Below the pieces are notes generated by a model. That model did no database searches and was not told the origin of the DNA. It saw nothing but the letters and a program-made list of their open reading frames with translations. 24,530 nt of DNA from a virus (Duplodnaviria > Caudoviricetes). The translations under genes and the position numbers were made by a program. How positions within the stretch are numbered: the stretch's first letter is position 1; the number at the start of each line of letters is the position of its first letter. Positions 16,978-24,530 of this stretch are shown piece by piece. The DNA lies in IMG/VR virus record IMGVR_UViG_3300036446_000028, positions 1 to 24,530 of that record; one strand, given 5' to 3'.

Positions 16978-17126
16978 TCAGAAGTCGCCCCGCGAGTGAG
17001 AATGCTGAGCAGCTGCCCTCTGAGGTCGCTGCGATCATTATCGCCCTTGCCAAGGAGCAGGCGCGGCGCGACCACTATGCCCAGAACGGGGAAGCGGCCG
17101 GCGAAGCCAGCCGACGCACGGCATGA
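16971..17126 (+). CDS. 51-aa protein coupled to the integrase; candidate recombination directionality factor
   Basis: MKLRSRPASENAEQLPSEVAAIIIALAKEQARRDHYAQNGEAAGEASRRTA*; stop overlaps the integrase ATG (ATGA); too short for the ORF track. Confidence 0.65.
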   Translation: MKLRSRPASENAEQLPSEVAAIIIALAKEQARRDHYAQNGEAAGEASRRTA

Positions 17127-18709
17127 CCAAGGCGGCGATCTACGCGCGCTTCAGCTCAGACCTTCAGCGCGATCGGTCCATCGAGGATCAGATCGAATCC
17201 TGCCGCGCATATGCCGAGCGGCAGGGCTTCGACGTCGTTGAGGTCTATGCCGATCGCGCCAAGTCGGGCGCTTCGATGCATGGCCGCGACGGCATTCAGC
17301 GCCTCATCAGCGACGGCCGCCAGCGGCTCTTCGATGTGGTCGTGGTCGAAACCCTGAGCCGCCTTGCCCGCGACGAAGGCGACCGCGCCGAGATCAGGAA
17401 GCGCCTCACCTTCGCTGGCGTGAAGACCATGACGCCGAGCGATGGCGAGGTCACCAGGCTGACCGACGGCATCAAGGCGATCATCGACGCCCAATACCTC
17501 GAGGATCTGAAGGTCATGGTCCGGCGCGGCATGGCCGGCGTGACCCGCGACGGCCGCCATGCCGGGGGCAGGGCCTATGGCTATCGCCCCATCCTGGGCA
17601 AGCCGGGCGAGCTCGAGATCGTCGACGATGAAGCCGCAATCATCAGGCGCATCTTCGCCGAGTATGCCGCCGGCAAGATGCCGCGCGCCATCTGCGCTGC
17701 CCTGAATGCCGAAGGGGTGAAGCCACCGCGCGGCACGTACTGGTCCGACGGCGTGCTGCGAGGCAACCGGGTCCGTGGTCATGGCATCCTCGTCAATCCT
17801 ATCTACAGCGGCGAGATCGTCTGGAACCGGGTCCGCATGGTCAAAGACCCCGACACCGGCAAGCGCGTGTCGCGCCAGAACCCAGTCGATGAGTGGCAGC
17901 GGGCTGCTGCTCCGCATCTTGCTATCGTTGATCAGCAGACTTTCGCGACGGTACAGGCCAAGCTGGGAGATATCGGTAAAGCCCCCGCATGGAAGGCGCG
18001 GCGCCCCAAAGGCCTGTTCGCTGGGCTGTTGCAGTGCGGTTGCTGTGGCGCCGGCATGTCGATCAAGGATCGTTCCGCCGGGAGGGTGCGAATCCACTGT
18101 GCCGCCGCCAGACAGGGCGCCTGCACCAACACCCGCACCGAATATCTCGACACCATCGAACCGGTCGTGCTGGACGGCCTGAAAGCCCGCCTGAAGGACA
18201 AGGCCGCCATCGCGCTCTACTTGCGCACCTACAACGACGAGCGCCGCGCCCTCGCGTTGGATAGCACCAAGCACAAGGCGCAACTCGACCGTCGGCTGGC
18301 GTCCGTTCAGGGACAGCTAGACCGTGCGATCGGCTTGGTCATCAAGGGATTGATCGGCGAGGATGATGCCGCGGCCGATATCGCTCGCCTCAAGGCGGAG
18401 CGGGCGGAGATCACCGCCCAACTGGCATCTGTCGGCGAAAAGCCGAAGGTCATCGAGCTGCACCCGGCAGCTGTGACCACGTACCTCGATACCGTCGACC
18501 GGCTCGAGGTAGCACTCAGGGAAGGCAGCGAACGCGATCACCCGGCCGCCGAACCTATCCGAGCGCTGATCGATCGCATCGTCATCACGCCCGGCGCGGC
18601 GAAGATCGCGACCGTGCGAGTTGAGGGAAAGCTCAATGCCCTGATCGGCGGCGAGCAATTTCCTGCCATGCGGCTTGGGGTAATTAGTGGTAGCGGAGGA
18701 GGGATTTGA
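17123..18709 (+). CDS. large serine recombinase (prophage integrase)
   Basis: IYARFSS catalytic Ser, LSRLAR, recombinase domain AYGY, zinc ribbon CGCCG..C..C, coiled coil; C-terminus reads into the tRNA fragment. Confidence 0.95.
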   Translation: MTKAAIYARFSSDLQRDRSIEDQIESCRAYAERQGFDVVEVYADRAKSGASMHGRDGIQRLISDGRQRLFDVVVVETLSRLARDEGDRAEIRKRLTFAGVKTMTPSDGEVTRLTDGIKAIIDAQYLEDLKVMVRRGMAGVTRDGRHAGGRAYGYRPILGKPGELEIVDDEAAIIRRIFAEYAAGKMPRAICAALNAEGVKPPRGTYWSDGVLRGNRVRGHGILVNPIYSGEIVWNRVRMVKDPDTGKRVSRQNPVDEWQRAAAPHLAIVDQQTFATVQAKLGDIGKAPAWKARRPKGLFAGLLQCGCCGAGMSIKDRSAGRVRIHCAAARQGACTNTRTEYLDTIEPVVLDGLKARLKDKAAIALYLRTYNDERRALALDSTKHKAQLDRRLASVQGQLDRAIGLVIKGLIGEDDAAADIARLKAERAEITAQLASVGEKPKVIELHPAAVTTYLDTVDRLEVALREGSERDHPAAEPIRALIDRIVITPGAAKIATVRVEGKLNALIGGEQFPAMRLGVISGSGGGI

Positions 18710-18732
18710 ACCCCCGACACACGGATTATGAT
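18688..18732 (-). mobile_element. attachment site: 3' half of tRNA-Met(CAT)
   Basis: Minus strand ATCATAATCCGTGTGTCGGGGGTTCAAATCCCTCCTCCGCTACCA = anticodon loop, T arm, acceptor strand and CCA; no D arm or 5' half. Confidence 0.9.
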
Positions 18733-18790
18733 GCCGTTAATAGCGTCCGGAATCCGGTGGTATTGGGCTCCATGTCGCGCCTGTGTCACG

Positions 18791-19525
18791 CTAGCCACTT
18801 TGTGGGCCCGATGTGACCGAAAACCCGCTGCGGGCCAAGGCGGCGACCATCGAGCCTCCAATCTGCCCAGTAGCGGCCTCCCAATCTTCGTAAACTCGCA
18901 CGGATACTTTTCGGTCCGAATACTGTCGGGACTGCCGTTGCGCCGTCTGCTTGAACCTTGAGATTGACCGGGAGATGCCTTGAACCGTGGGGTATCGGTC
19001 AAAGCTAGGCAGAAACGAGTGTTGGATGAATCGCTTCTTGACGATGAAATCCTCGATGTTGTCGGTCGTCCACACCCAGTAGTTTCGCTCCGTGTCGTTC
19101 GATGGCTTCGCGTCCCCGTCGATGAAGCGCTTAGCGAAGTGCCTAGCATCGATAGCCAGGTCGTTGAACAATGCGCCATCGACTATAAAGATATCTAGGT
19201 CGGACGTGTCGTTGAACGCTCTCCCAAAATCGCTGCCCAAAGAGTACCCGAGCCTAGCGCTCCCGGTCATGCTTATGTGCTTTGGGCTGATCTCAAGGCT
19301 TTGCGCCATCGCTTCTCGGGCCGCTTCGAAAGCCATGGGATGGTCGCGAAAAACATATGGCACTCCTTCGGATAGCCACTGCCTAGCAAACCTGAAAACT
19401 TCACGCTTTGAGATGGGTACGGTTTTGTCCCAGTCGCCGGGATTTGGGTATCGAGACGTCAGGCTAGTTGTCCATCCCGTGTTTGCCTCTGGACCGGACA
19501 ACAATTTCTTCAATGTACTGAGCAC
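18791..19525 (-). CDS. Pol-beta superfamily nucleotidyltransferase-like protein (start uncertain)
   Basis: MTGSARLGYS...SDLDIFIVD matches the hGS-x(n)-DxD signature. Confidence 0.72.
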   Translation of the reverse strand: MLSTLKKLLSGPEANTGWTTSLTSRYPNPGDWDKTVPISKREVFRFARQWLSEGVPYVFRDHPMAFEAAREAMAQSLEISPKHISMTGSARLGYSLGSDFGRAFNDTSDLDIFIVDGALFNDLAIDARHFAKRFIDGDAKPSNDTERNYWVWTTDNIEDFIVKKRFIQHSFLPSFDRYPTVQGISRSISRFKQTAQRQSRQYSDRKVSVRVYEDWEAATGQIGGSMVAALARSGFSVTSGPQSG

Positions 19526-20045
19526 GTTTCAGCACCCTTTCTAGCTTCTGCCTAGATGGATGTTGCGGCAGTGGGTACTTGAGCATTGCTGCAAAGAAGG
19601 CAGCCTCCTTTGCCGTAGCCTCAGCCAAGTTGATGCGATGTGTCGAAGCGATAGCCTCAAGGCCGTTGCCCTGCCAACCGAAGTACGCAACCTTTAGGTA
19701 CGCAAGTGCCAGTTGGCGCTTAGTGAAGCGTTGGGAGACATGAATCGCAATAGCGATCTCTGAAAGCTTTCTGCCAACGGTGAGTTCGTAGCGACCCCTT
19801 ATGGTGCGAACTAGCTGCTGTTCAATCGTACTCGCGCCACTGATCTTGCGGTTCAGCAAGTAACCCGTGACCGCCCGAATGATACCAATTAGGTCGAAGC
19901 CAGGGTGAGAATAAAACCTTCGATCTTCACCCGCGACCAGCGCAGCCAGCGCCCGGTCCAAACCAGCGGACGGAGGTATCGGTGATCTGGAAAGGTCATG
20001 AATTGCGCGGACTATCGCCCGCTTCTCGACCCCAGTTCTTGTCAT
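19464..20045 (-). CDS. stand-alone GT51 peptidoglycan transglycosylase-domain protein without a membrane anchor
   Basis: EDRRFYSHPG, GASTIEQQLVR, RKLSE and YLKVAYFG motifs; ATGA-coupled to the integrase. Confidence 0.88.
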   Translation of the reverse strand: MTRTGVEKRAIVRAIHDLSRSPIPPSAGLDRALAALVAGEDRRFYSHPGFDLIGIIRAVTGYLLNRKISGASTIEQQLVRTIRGRYELTVGRKLSEIAIAIHVSQRFTKRQLALAYLKVAYFGWQGNGLEAIASTHRINLAEATAKEAAFFAAMLKYPLPQHPSRQKLERVLKRAQYIEEIVVRSRGKHGMDN

Positions 20046-21310
20046 GCAAGCAAAGCCGTTTCAGCGGCAGCCAGCTCATCTGAGTCATCGCCCCTTGGGA
20101 AGAGGTGACCGTAGACGTCCATGGTCATGACGATAGATGAGTGCCCTAGGCGCTCTTGTACCACCTTGGGCGGAAGCCCAAGCCCGCCATCCTCACGGCG
20201 ATTAATGCACCAAGAGGCGTAGAAGTGACGGAGGGCGTGGAGGCCCGTGTACTTGGCGGTCCTAAGGGGCAGGCCATCCGCTCCCACTAGACCGCTATCG
20301 ACTGTGACGCCGGCCGCCAACTGGACCGGATGGAGGCCCCTATTGATGATGTTCGCATGCGACTCCACATTTCCATTTCCGTTCGGGAAAACTAGGTCCA
20401 GCACCCGCACCCGGTTGCCCTTATCTTCCGTCTTGTCGGTGGCCTTCTTCGGACAGACCAGCTTCCACTCGCGGAGGGTATTGAGCACGAGCGGAGGCAT
20501 CGGGACCTCGCGCTCCGAGGTCGCGGACTTAGGTCGGCCAATGTCATTGAAGCGGTCGGCACGCTGCCGGACATGGAGAACCCGCTTGTCAAAGTCCACG
20601 TCCTCCCACTTGAGTCCGCGAAGCTCGGAAGCCCGAAGACCGGTGAAAATACCGGTAAGGAGGAGGGGGCGCCAGGTCCCTTCCAGTTTGCCGACGATAG
20701 CCTTTATTTCGGCGGGCATCGGGATGTCCCCGCCGACCACAAGCTTTCCCTTCTGACGCTTCTCAAGGCGCCGATCCTTACCTAGCTTCCGTGCGCCGCG
20801 CATATCCCTCACAGCGTTGCGGCCGACAAGACCGCGCTCTTGTGCGTCAGCAATAAGGGAGCCAAGGCTACTCATTACCTTTCGGATCATTGCCGGGGAC
20901 CTCTTGGCTTTGCGGCGACCCTTCGGGACCAGCACTTCATCGCGGAGCGTGTCGCGAAAGTTCGAGATGACGGGAGCGTTTAGAGTCGTGAGTTTCTTAT
21001 CCGCGAGGTGCGGGAAAATGTGGAACTCAAGGTGCTGTTCGTATTGCGCGATAGACGTGCGCTCAAGACCGGCCGCTCTGGCTTCGGCCAGCCATAGCTT
21101 GCTCGCCTCGCGAACCGTTACCGAAGCTCCATCAGCAACGTGGACGCCCCTGCGGACCTCCACACGCGCGGTGGCGGCAAAATCGTCCGCGTCCTTCTTC
21201 CGCTTGAACGTCTTCAGGCGACGGACACCAGAGCCGTCCACGTAGTCCACCACCCACGCCTCGTTGGCTTCGCCCTTGGCGTTGGTCCATTCACGCTTGC
21301 GAACCGACAT
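20042..21310 (-). CDS. int: tyrosine integrase
   Basis: TGLRASEL (R), PKS (K), HALRH, LGHSS, DVYGH (Y); N-terminal arm-binding domain; SD GAGGAGG. Confidence 0.96.
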   Translation of the reverse strand: MSVRKREWTNAKGEANEAWVVDYVDGSGVRRLKTFKRKKDADDFAATARVEVRRGVHVADGASVTVREASKLWLAEARAAGLERTSIAQYEQHLEFHIFPHLADKKLTTLNAPVISNFRDTLRDEVLVPKGRRKAKRSPAMIRKVMSSLGSLIADAQERGLVGRNAVRDMRGARKLGKDRRLEKRQKGKLVVGGDIPMPAEIKAIVGKLEGTWRPLLLTGIFTGLRASELRGLKWEDVDFDKRVLHVRQRADRFNDIGRPKSATSEREVPMPPLVLNTLREWKLVCPKKATDKTEDKGNRVRVLDLVFPNGNGNVESHANIINRGLHPVQLAAGVTVDSGLVGADGLPLRTAKYTGLHALRHFYASWCINRREDGGLGLPPKVVQERLGHSSIVMTMDVYGHLFPRGDDSDELAAAETALLA

Positions 21311-21519
21311 GGCGCACCTCCTCTAAAGGAACATGTCGCGGCTTGTCGCATGATTTCCGTTTGTCTGAAAGCAGGGAAGGAGTACTCCCGATGCCAAGGT
21401 TAACTCAGGTGGTGCCGTCCCTGTTTAGCAAGATGCCGAAGTAGGGCCTCCATTTGGCGACGCTCTCGCGGGTGAATCGCTGTACATCTGGAAGGTAGCA
21501 ACATTGGGACATGTAAGCA

Positions 21520-22944
21520 TTGGCGCGTACAACTCGAAGGGGACCTGATTGGCCGGTCAGCCTGAAAACTCTGTCCAAGAGACAATTGCAGGGGTTGAAC
21601 GACGCTGAGTATGGAGCGCTAAAGGGGCGCGTGAAGCGAAGAGGTATTCAGCGCACTGGCAGCCAAAAGTTCGGTCAGAAACTGGCTCGGAAGATTGAGT
21701 TGCGGCGGCGCCCACAGAAGCGCGTGCAGTTCTCGAAAGAACTGCTTCTGGCCAAGCGACGCGAGTGCGAGATCATGGACGCGCTAGTGCCTAACCGATC
21801 CGCAATATGGCGGTCCGACATAGCGCGGCGCCGCAGGACGGTCCGTATTCCGGTCACCGACTTTTCCATCCTTGATGATCCCGACGGCGCGCTAGGCATT
21901 CTAACGCAGATTGCTAGAGCGGAGTGCGACGCGGCTGCGGTTGAGGTCGATTTTCTTGACCCAGATATAGTTGATGTCGGGCCATTTCTCGTCTTGGGCA
22001 TCATGTTTGAGCGGATGGCACCGCTCGTTACTGGCGGACGGGTGACGCAGCAGACGATGAAAGTGCTGGAGGCCGTCAATCTCCGGCAATTTCTTCGGAT
22101 GAGACCATTCGGCGCGAAGCTGAAGTTCGGAGATATTTGGGCACTCCCGCTGGAGCGACGCCGAGGGTCGGGAACCTCAACAAGCGAAAACGTGGCCTTT
22201 GAACCTAGCAGGGCGGAAATTGTTGCGGACCGCACTGCCCGACATGTCGATCATTGGCTAAGCAAGATCGAGCCTCCGTCATCCCTAACCACTTGGGGGG
22301 CCAGCAAGATCAAGGCGTTCGTCGGGGAGATACTAAACAATGCAGAGCGCCACGGCCGGACTGGCGGCGATGGTGAATGGATAGCTGCCGGTTTCATGGC
22401 TCGGAGGGAAATCAAGATAGAGGGGGAGATAAGCACCGTACACGTCTGCCATCTCTGCTTCTTCAACCCTGGTCGCCCAATAGCTGAAACCATCACCGAC
22501 TCACCGGCTACTATCCGAAACCAGGTAGACAGTTATCGAAGGCGCCACCGTGGAGCGGGCCAGCACCACGAGACGCTCGCCACCGTCTTCGCACTCCAAG
22601 ACGGCATATCGCGAATAGACCAGGGAGAGGGCATGCCATCTGGTGGCACTGGACTGATGGACATCGTCGAGTTTGCAAATGAGGTAGGGAAAACCGACCT
22701 ACCCGAATTGTCAGCCAAGGTTGCGATAATGTCGGGGAGAGCCTACATCCGCTTCGCGCAGCCCTTTGCACGCGGTTTATCGTCTGGTGACGGTGAGCCG
22801 CGATTGCAGTGGTTTAACGCCGACAATGATGTTATGGAGCCGCCCGCCGAGACGCACGTTAAGACGCTTGCGAAGCGTTTTCCCGGAACACTCATATCGC
22901 TTCGCTTTGTGTTGGACGGGTCCGTAAAAGCTCGGGATGCCTGA
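21520..22944 (+). CDS. GHKL/HATPase-domain protein with STAS-like N-terminal region (start may be GTG 21631)
   Basis: N box EILNNAERHG, degenerate G1 FNPGRPI, G2 DGISR..GGTGL, terminal FPGTLISLRF; no HisKA or TM segment seen. Confidence 0.75.
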   Translation: MARTTRRGPDWPVSLKTLSKRQLQGLNDAEYGALKGRVKRRGIQRTGSQKFGQKLARKIELRRRPQKRVQFSKELLLAKRRECEIMDALVPNRSAIWRSDIARRRRTVRIPVTDFSILDDPDGALGILTQIARAECDAAAVEVDFLDPDIVDVGPFLVLGIMFERMAPLVTGGRVTQQTMKVLEAVNLRQFLRMRPFGAKLKFGDIWALPLERRRGSGTSTSENVAFEPSRAEIVADRTARHVDHWLSKIEPPSSLTTWGASKIKAFVGEILNNAERHGRTGGDGEWIAAGFMARREIKIEGEISTVHVCHLCFFNPGRPIAETITDSPATIRNQVDSYRRRHRGAGQHHETLATVFALQDGISRIDQGEGMPSGGTGLMDIVEFANEVGKTDLPELSAKVAIMSGRAYIRFAQPFARGLSSGDGEPRLQWFNADNDVMEPPAETHVKTLAKRFPGTLISLRFVLDGSVKARDA

Positions 22945-23275
22945 AATGAGCTCAAACATGGTCAACTTCGCCGAACTCACCGACAATGGGAAGGTGCGCA
23001 ACCTCTCCGGTAAGGAGCGCGGTATTGCGGCCAGGAGGCAACTCCACATTGACGACCTCGACAACACCGATGGCGTTGTTGAAGTAGTGGTCCCGGACTA
23101 TGTGGACACCATTTCCCCATCGTACTTCCAGGGGCTTTTTTCCGAGAGCATCGCGCGTTTGAATGGTCGCGACGGGTTTCTGCGGAAGTATCAGTTCCAA
23201 AGCTCCAACCAAGTTCGGCAGTGGATTGACGTTGGCATCCGCAACGCAACAGCAAGTCGGCGACCGCTGATTTAG
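22937..23275 (+). CDS. STAS-like (DUF4325-like) protein
   Basis: LSGKERGIAAR..VEVVVPDYVDTISPSYFQGLF pattern; overlaps the HATPase stop. Confidence 0.72.
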   Translation: MPEMSSNMVNFAELTDNGKVRNLSGKERGIAARRQLHIDDLDNTDGVVEVVVPDYVDTISPSYFQGLFSESIARLNGRDGFLRKYQFQSSNQVRQWIDVGIRNATASRRPLI

Positions 23276-23302
23276 CGGTCACGCCGTGGGGGCAGGCCGA
23301 CT

Positions 23303-23797
23303 ATGGAGACTGCTGACTGGTTAGCCTTGGGCGCTATCGTTCTTTCCTGCTACACCTTCGTTGATGGCCGGCTGATAGAGAAGCGGCTGGCTCGAAAGGC
23401 CGACGCTAGAAGCACATTCGACGGGCTGGTCACCACTCCGGTTGAAGCGAAGCTCTCGACACTTGAAGACGCGGTGCGTGAAGTCGCAAGCGATGGGGCC
23501 GACGCGGCAGACCAAGCGGCGCGCCTTGTCGAGGTGACTAGATGGGTACGCCGAACCTACAGCCCTTGGTTTGTCTCCTTCGAGGCGTTTCTACAAGCGA
23601 ACACAGAGGCGAAGCTTAGTGAGCTTTCCGACCTTCTATTCCAGTTTCACGACGAGGTCGCACCGCTCTTCGACGCGCTAGGCAATGCAACCTCGGAGCG
23701 CGACATAGACGAAGCTGGAAATGGTGCGATAAGCGCGAGCACCCGCTTCGTGGCTCGGATAAGAGCCGAAATTCAACAGATGCGTTTGCAGTACTAG
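23303..23797 (+). CDS. single-pass membrane protein
   Basis: N-terminal hydrophobic WLALGAIVLSCYTFV followed by a helical soluble domain. Confidence 0.7.
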   Translation: METADWLALGAIVLSCYTFVDGRLIEKRLARKADARSTFDGLVTTPVEAKLSTLEDAVREVASDGADAADQAARLVEVTRWVRRTYSPWFVSFEAFLQANTEAKLSELSDLLFQFHDEVAPLFDALGNATSERDIDEAGNGAISASTRFVARIRAEIQQMRLQY

Positions 23798-23801
23798 CAC
23801 C

Positions 23802-24107
23802 TTACCGGTGGCCAGCGCGGCGGGACGGCCGCTCCATGATGTAGTCGTGCGTCGTCTCCACCGGTATCGCCCGCCCATCCTCCGCCACCCGGCCGGGCGT
23901 GAAGTCGATGACGGGCCGGGCGGCGCCGCATGCCTCGCACCGGATGACGGCGTAAAGCTCGGCTTGGTCCTGATAGAAATCGAAACCATCGCCGTAGATG
24001 AAGGACACCGTGAGGGGGTCCATGAAGCTCTCGTGCCCACATCGGCACGCGATGCGGAGCACCAGTCCGGCGTCAGTGATCTGCCGAGCGGTTCGCAGGT
24101 TGGACAT
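23802..24107 (-). CDS. small zinc-ribbon protein, probably SOS-regulated
   Basis: CRCGH and CEACG; SD GGAGAG; LexA box upstream. Confidence 0.72.
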   Translation of the reverse strand: MSNLRTARQITDAGLVLRIACRCGHESFMDPLTVSFIYGDGFDFYQDQAELYAVIRCEACGAARPVIDFTPGRVAEDGRAIPVETTHDYIMERPSRRAGHR

Positions 24108-24142
24108 GGCGACTCTCCATCGGGTGGAGAGTCAGCATGCCA

Positions 24143-24157
24143 GAACAAAAAGAGAAC
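24143..24157. promoter_or_regulatory. alphaproteobacterial LexA (SOS) box
   Basis: GAAC-AAAAAGA-GAAC = GAAC-N7-GAAC, 35 bp upstream of ATG 24107. Confidence 0.8.
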
Positions 24158-24167
24158 AAGGTGCTAG

Positions 24168-24530
24168 CTATAGCGGCTCGACACTGGCACTGATCCGCTC
24201 GCCCCGCAGTGTGCAAAGGCCCTCCATCTCCTGAGGAACGCCGAACGCATTCTCGCCCGTGAACACGCTTCTCATCTGGTAGCCGTCAGTGGTCTCCCTA
24301 GCTCCCGTGGTTTCCAGCAAGCTGAAGGTTGCCGGGTGCTGTAGGTGACGCTTGAACATGTCAGTGCACTGGATGATGAAGCTGTCTTCTACGCTCATGC
24401 TGGAACTCGAACCCAGTACACACGAGCCCAGCCAAGCAAGTAGTCCCAGACTAACGACACCGCCCACAACCTTGTCGACTGTCGTTTGCGGCTTCTTCGC
24501 TTTCGCACTGTCGGTCGAAATGAGGGTCAA
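24168..24530 (-). CDS. hypothetical membrane-anchored protein, probably 5'-truncated by the window
   Basis: TM segment VVGGVVSLGLLAWLGSCVLG; periplasmic-type C-terminus (GENAFG, two Cys). Confidence 0.65.
   Translation of the reverse strand: MTLISTDSAKAKKPQTTVDKVVGGVVSLGLLAWLGSCVLGSSSSMSVEDSFIIQCTDMFKRHLQHPATFSLLETTGARETTDGYQMRSVFTGENAFGVPQEMEGLCTLRGERISASVEPL

Larger units (their letters stand above)
1..18732. mobile_element. temperate prophage (att-proximal part) at tRNA-Met
   Basis: Integrase-repressor-replication-antiterminator-terminase-portal gene order ending at the tRNA fragment. Confidence 0.93.
18688..24530. mobile_element. second integrative element (tyrosine-integrase island), continues beyond the window
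   Basis: Displaced tRNA 3' fragment, tyrosine integrase, visibly less GC-rich cargo genes. Confidence 0.8.

Noticed and set aside
18688-18765. Intact tRNA-Met gene
   Set aside because: Only the anticodon loop to CCA is present; there is no D arm or 5' acceptor strand.

Overview
High-GC alphaproteobacterial-type DNA holding two adjacent mobile elements that meet at a tRNA-Met 3' fragment (att, 18688-18732). The left element (1-~18730) is the att-proximal part of a temperate prophage. From right to left it carries a large serine integrase with a small coupled upstream ORF, a CI/Cro switch with four 17-bp operators, a cII-position gene, DnaB, a replication initiator with internal iterons, a second divergent ribbon-helix-helix switch, a ParB-like gene, a HigBA-type TA pair, a NusG paralog, P22-gp3-like TerS, TerL, portal, and a SASA/SGNH esterase protein that runs off the left edge and is absent from the ORF track. 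The right element (18733 onward) is a tyrosine-integrase island with an anchorless GT51 transglycosylase plus nucleotidyltransferase pair, a HATPase/STAS/membrane-protein operon and a LexA-box zinc-ribbon gene. The most striking unexplained signal is a 25-nt sequence at the predicted 5' end of the nusG-like mRNA (7061-7085) that is fully complementary to a hairpin 7.9 kb away, upstream of the replication genes (14986-15010). Both sites overlap RBS-occluding structures, suggesting an RNA-RNA early/late switch. All calls come from reading motifs by eye; no searches or folding programs were run.
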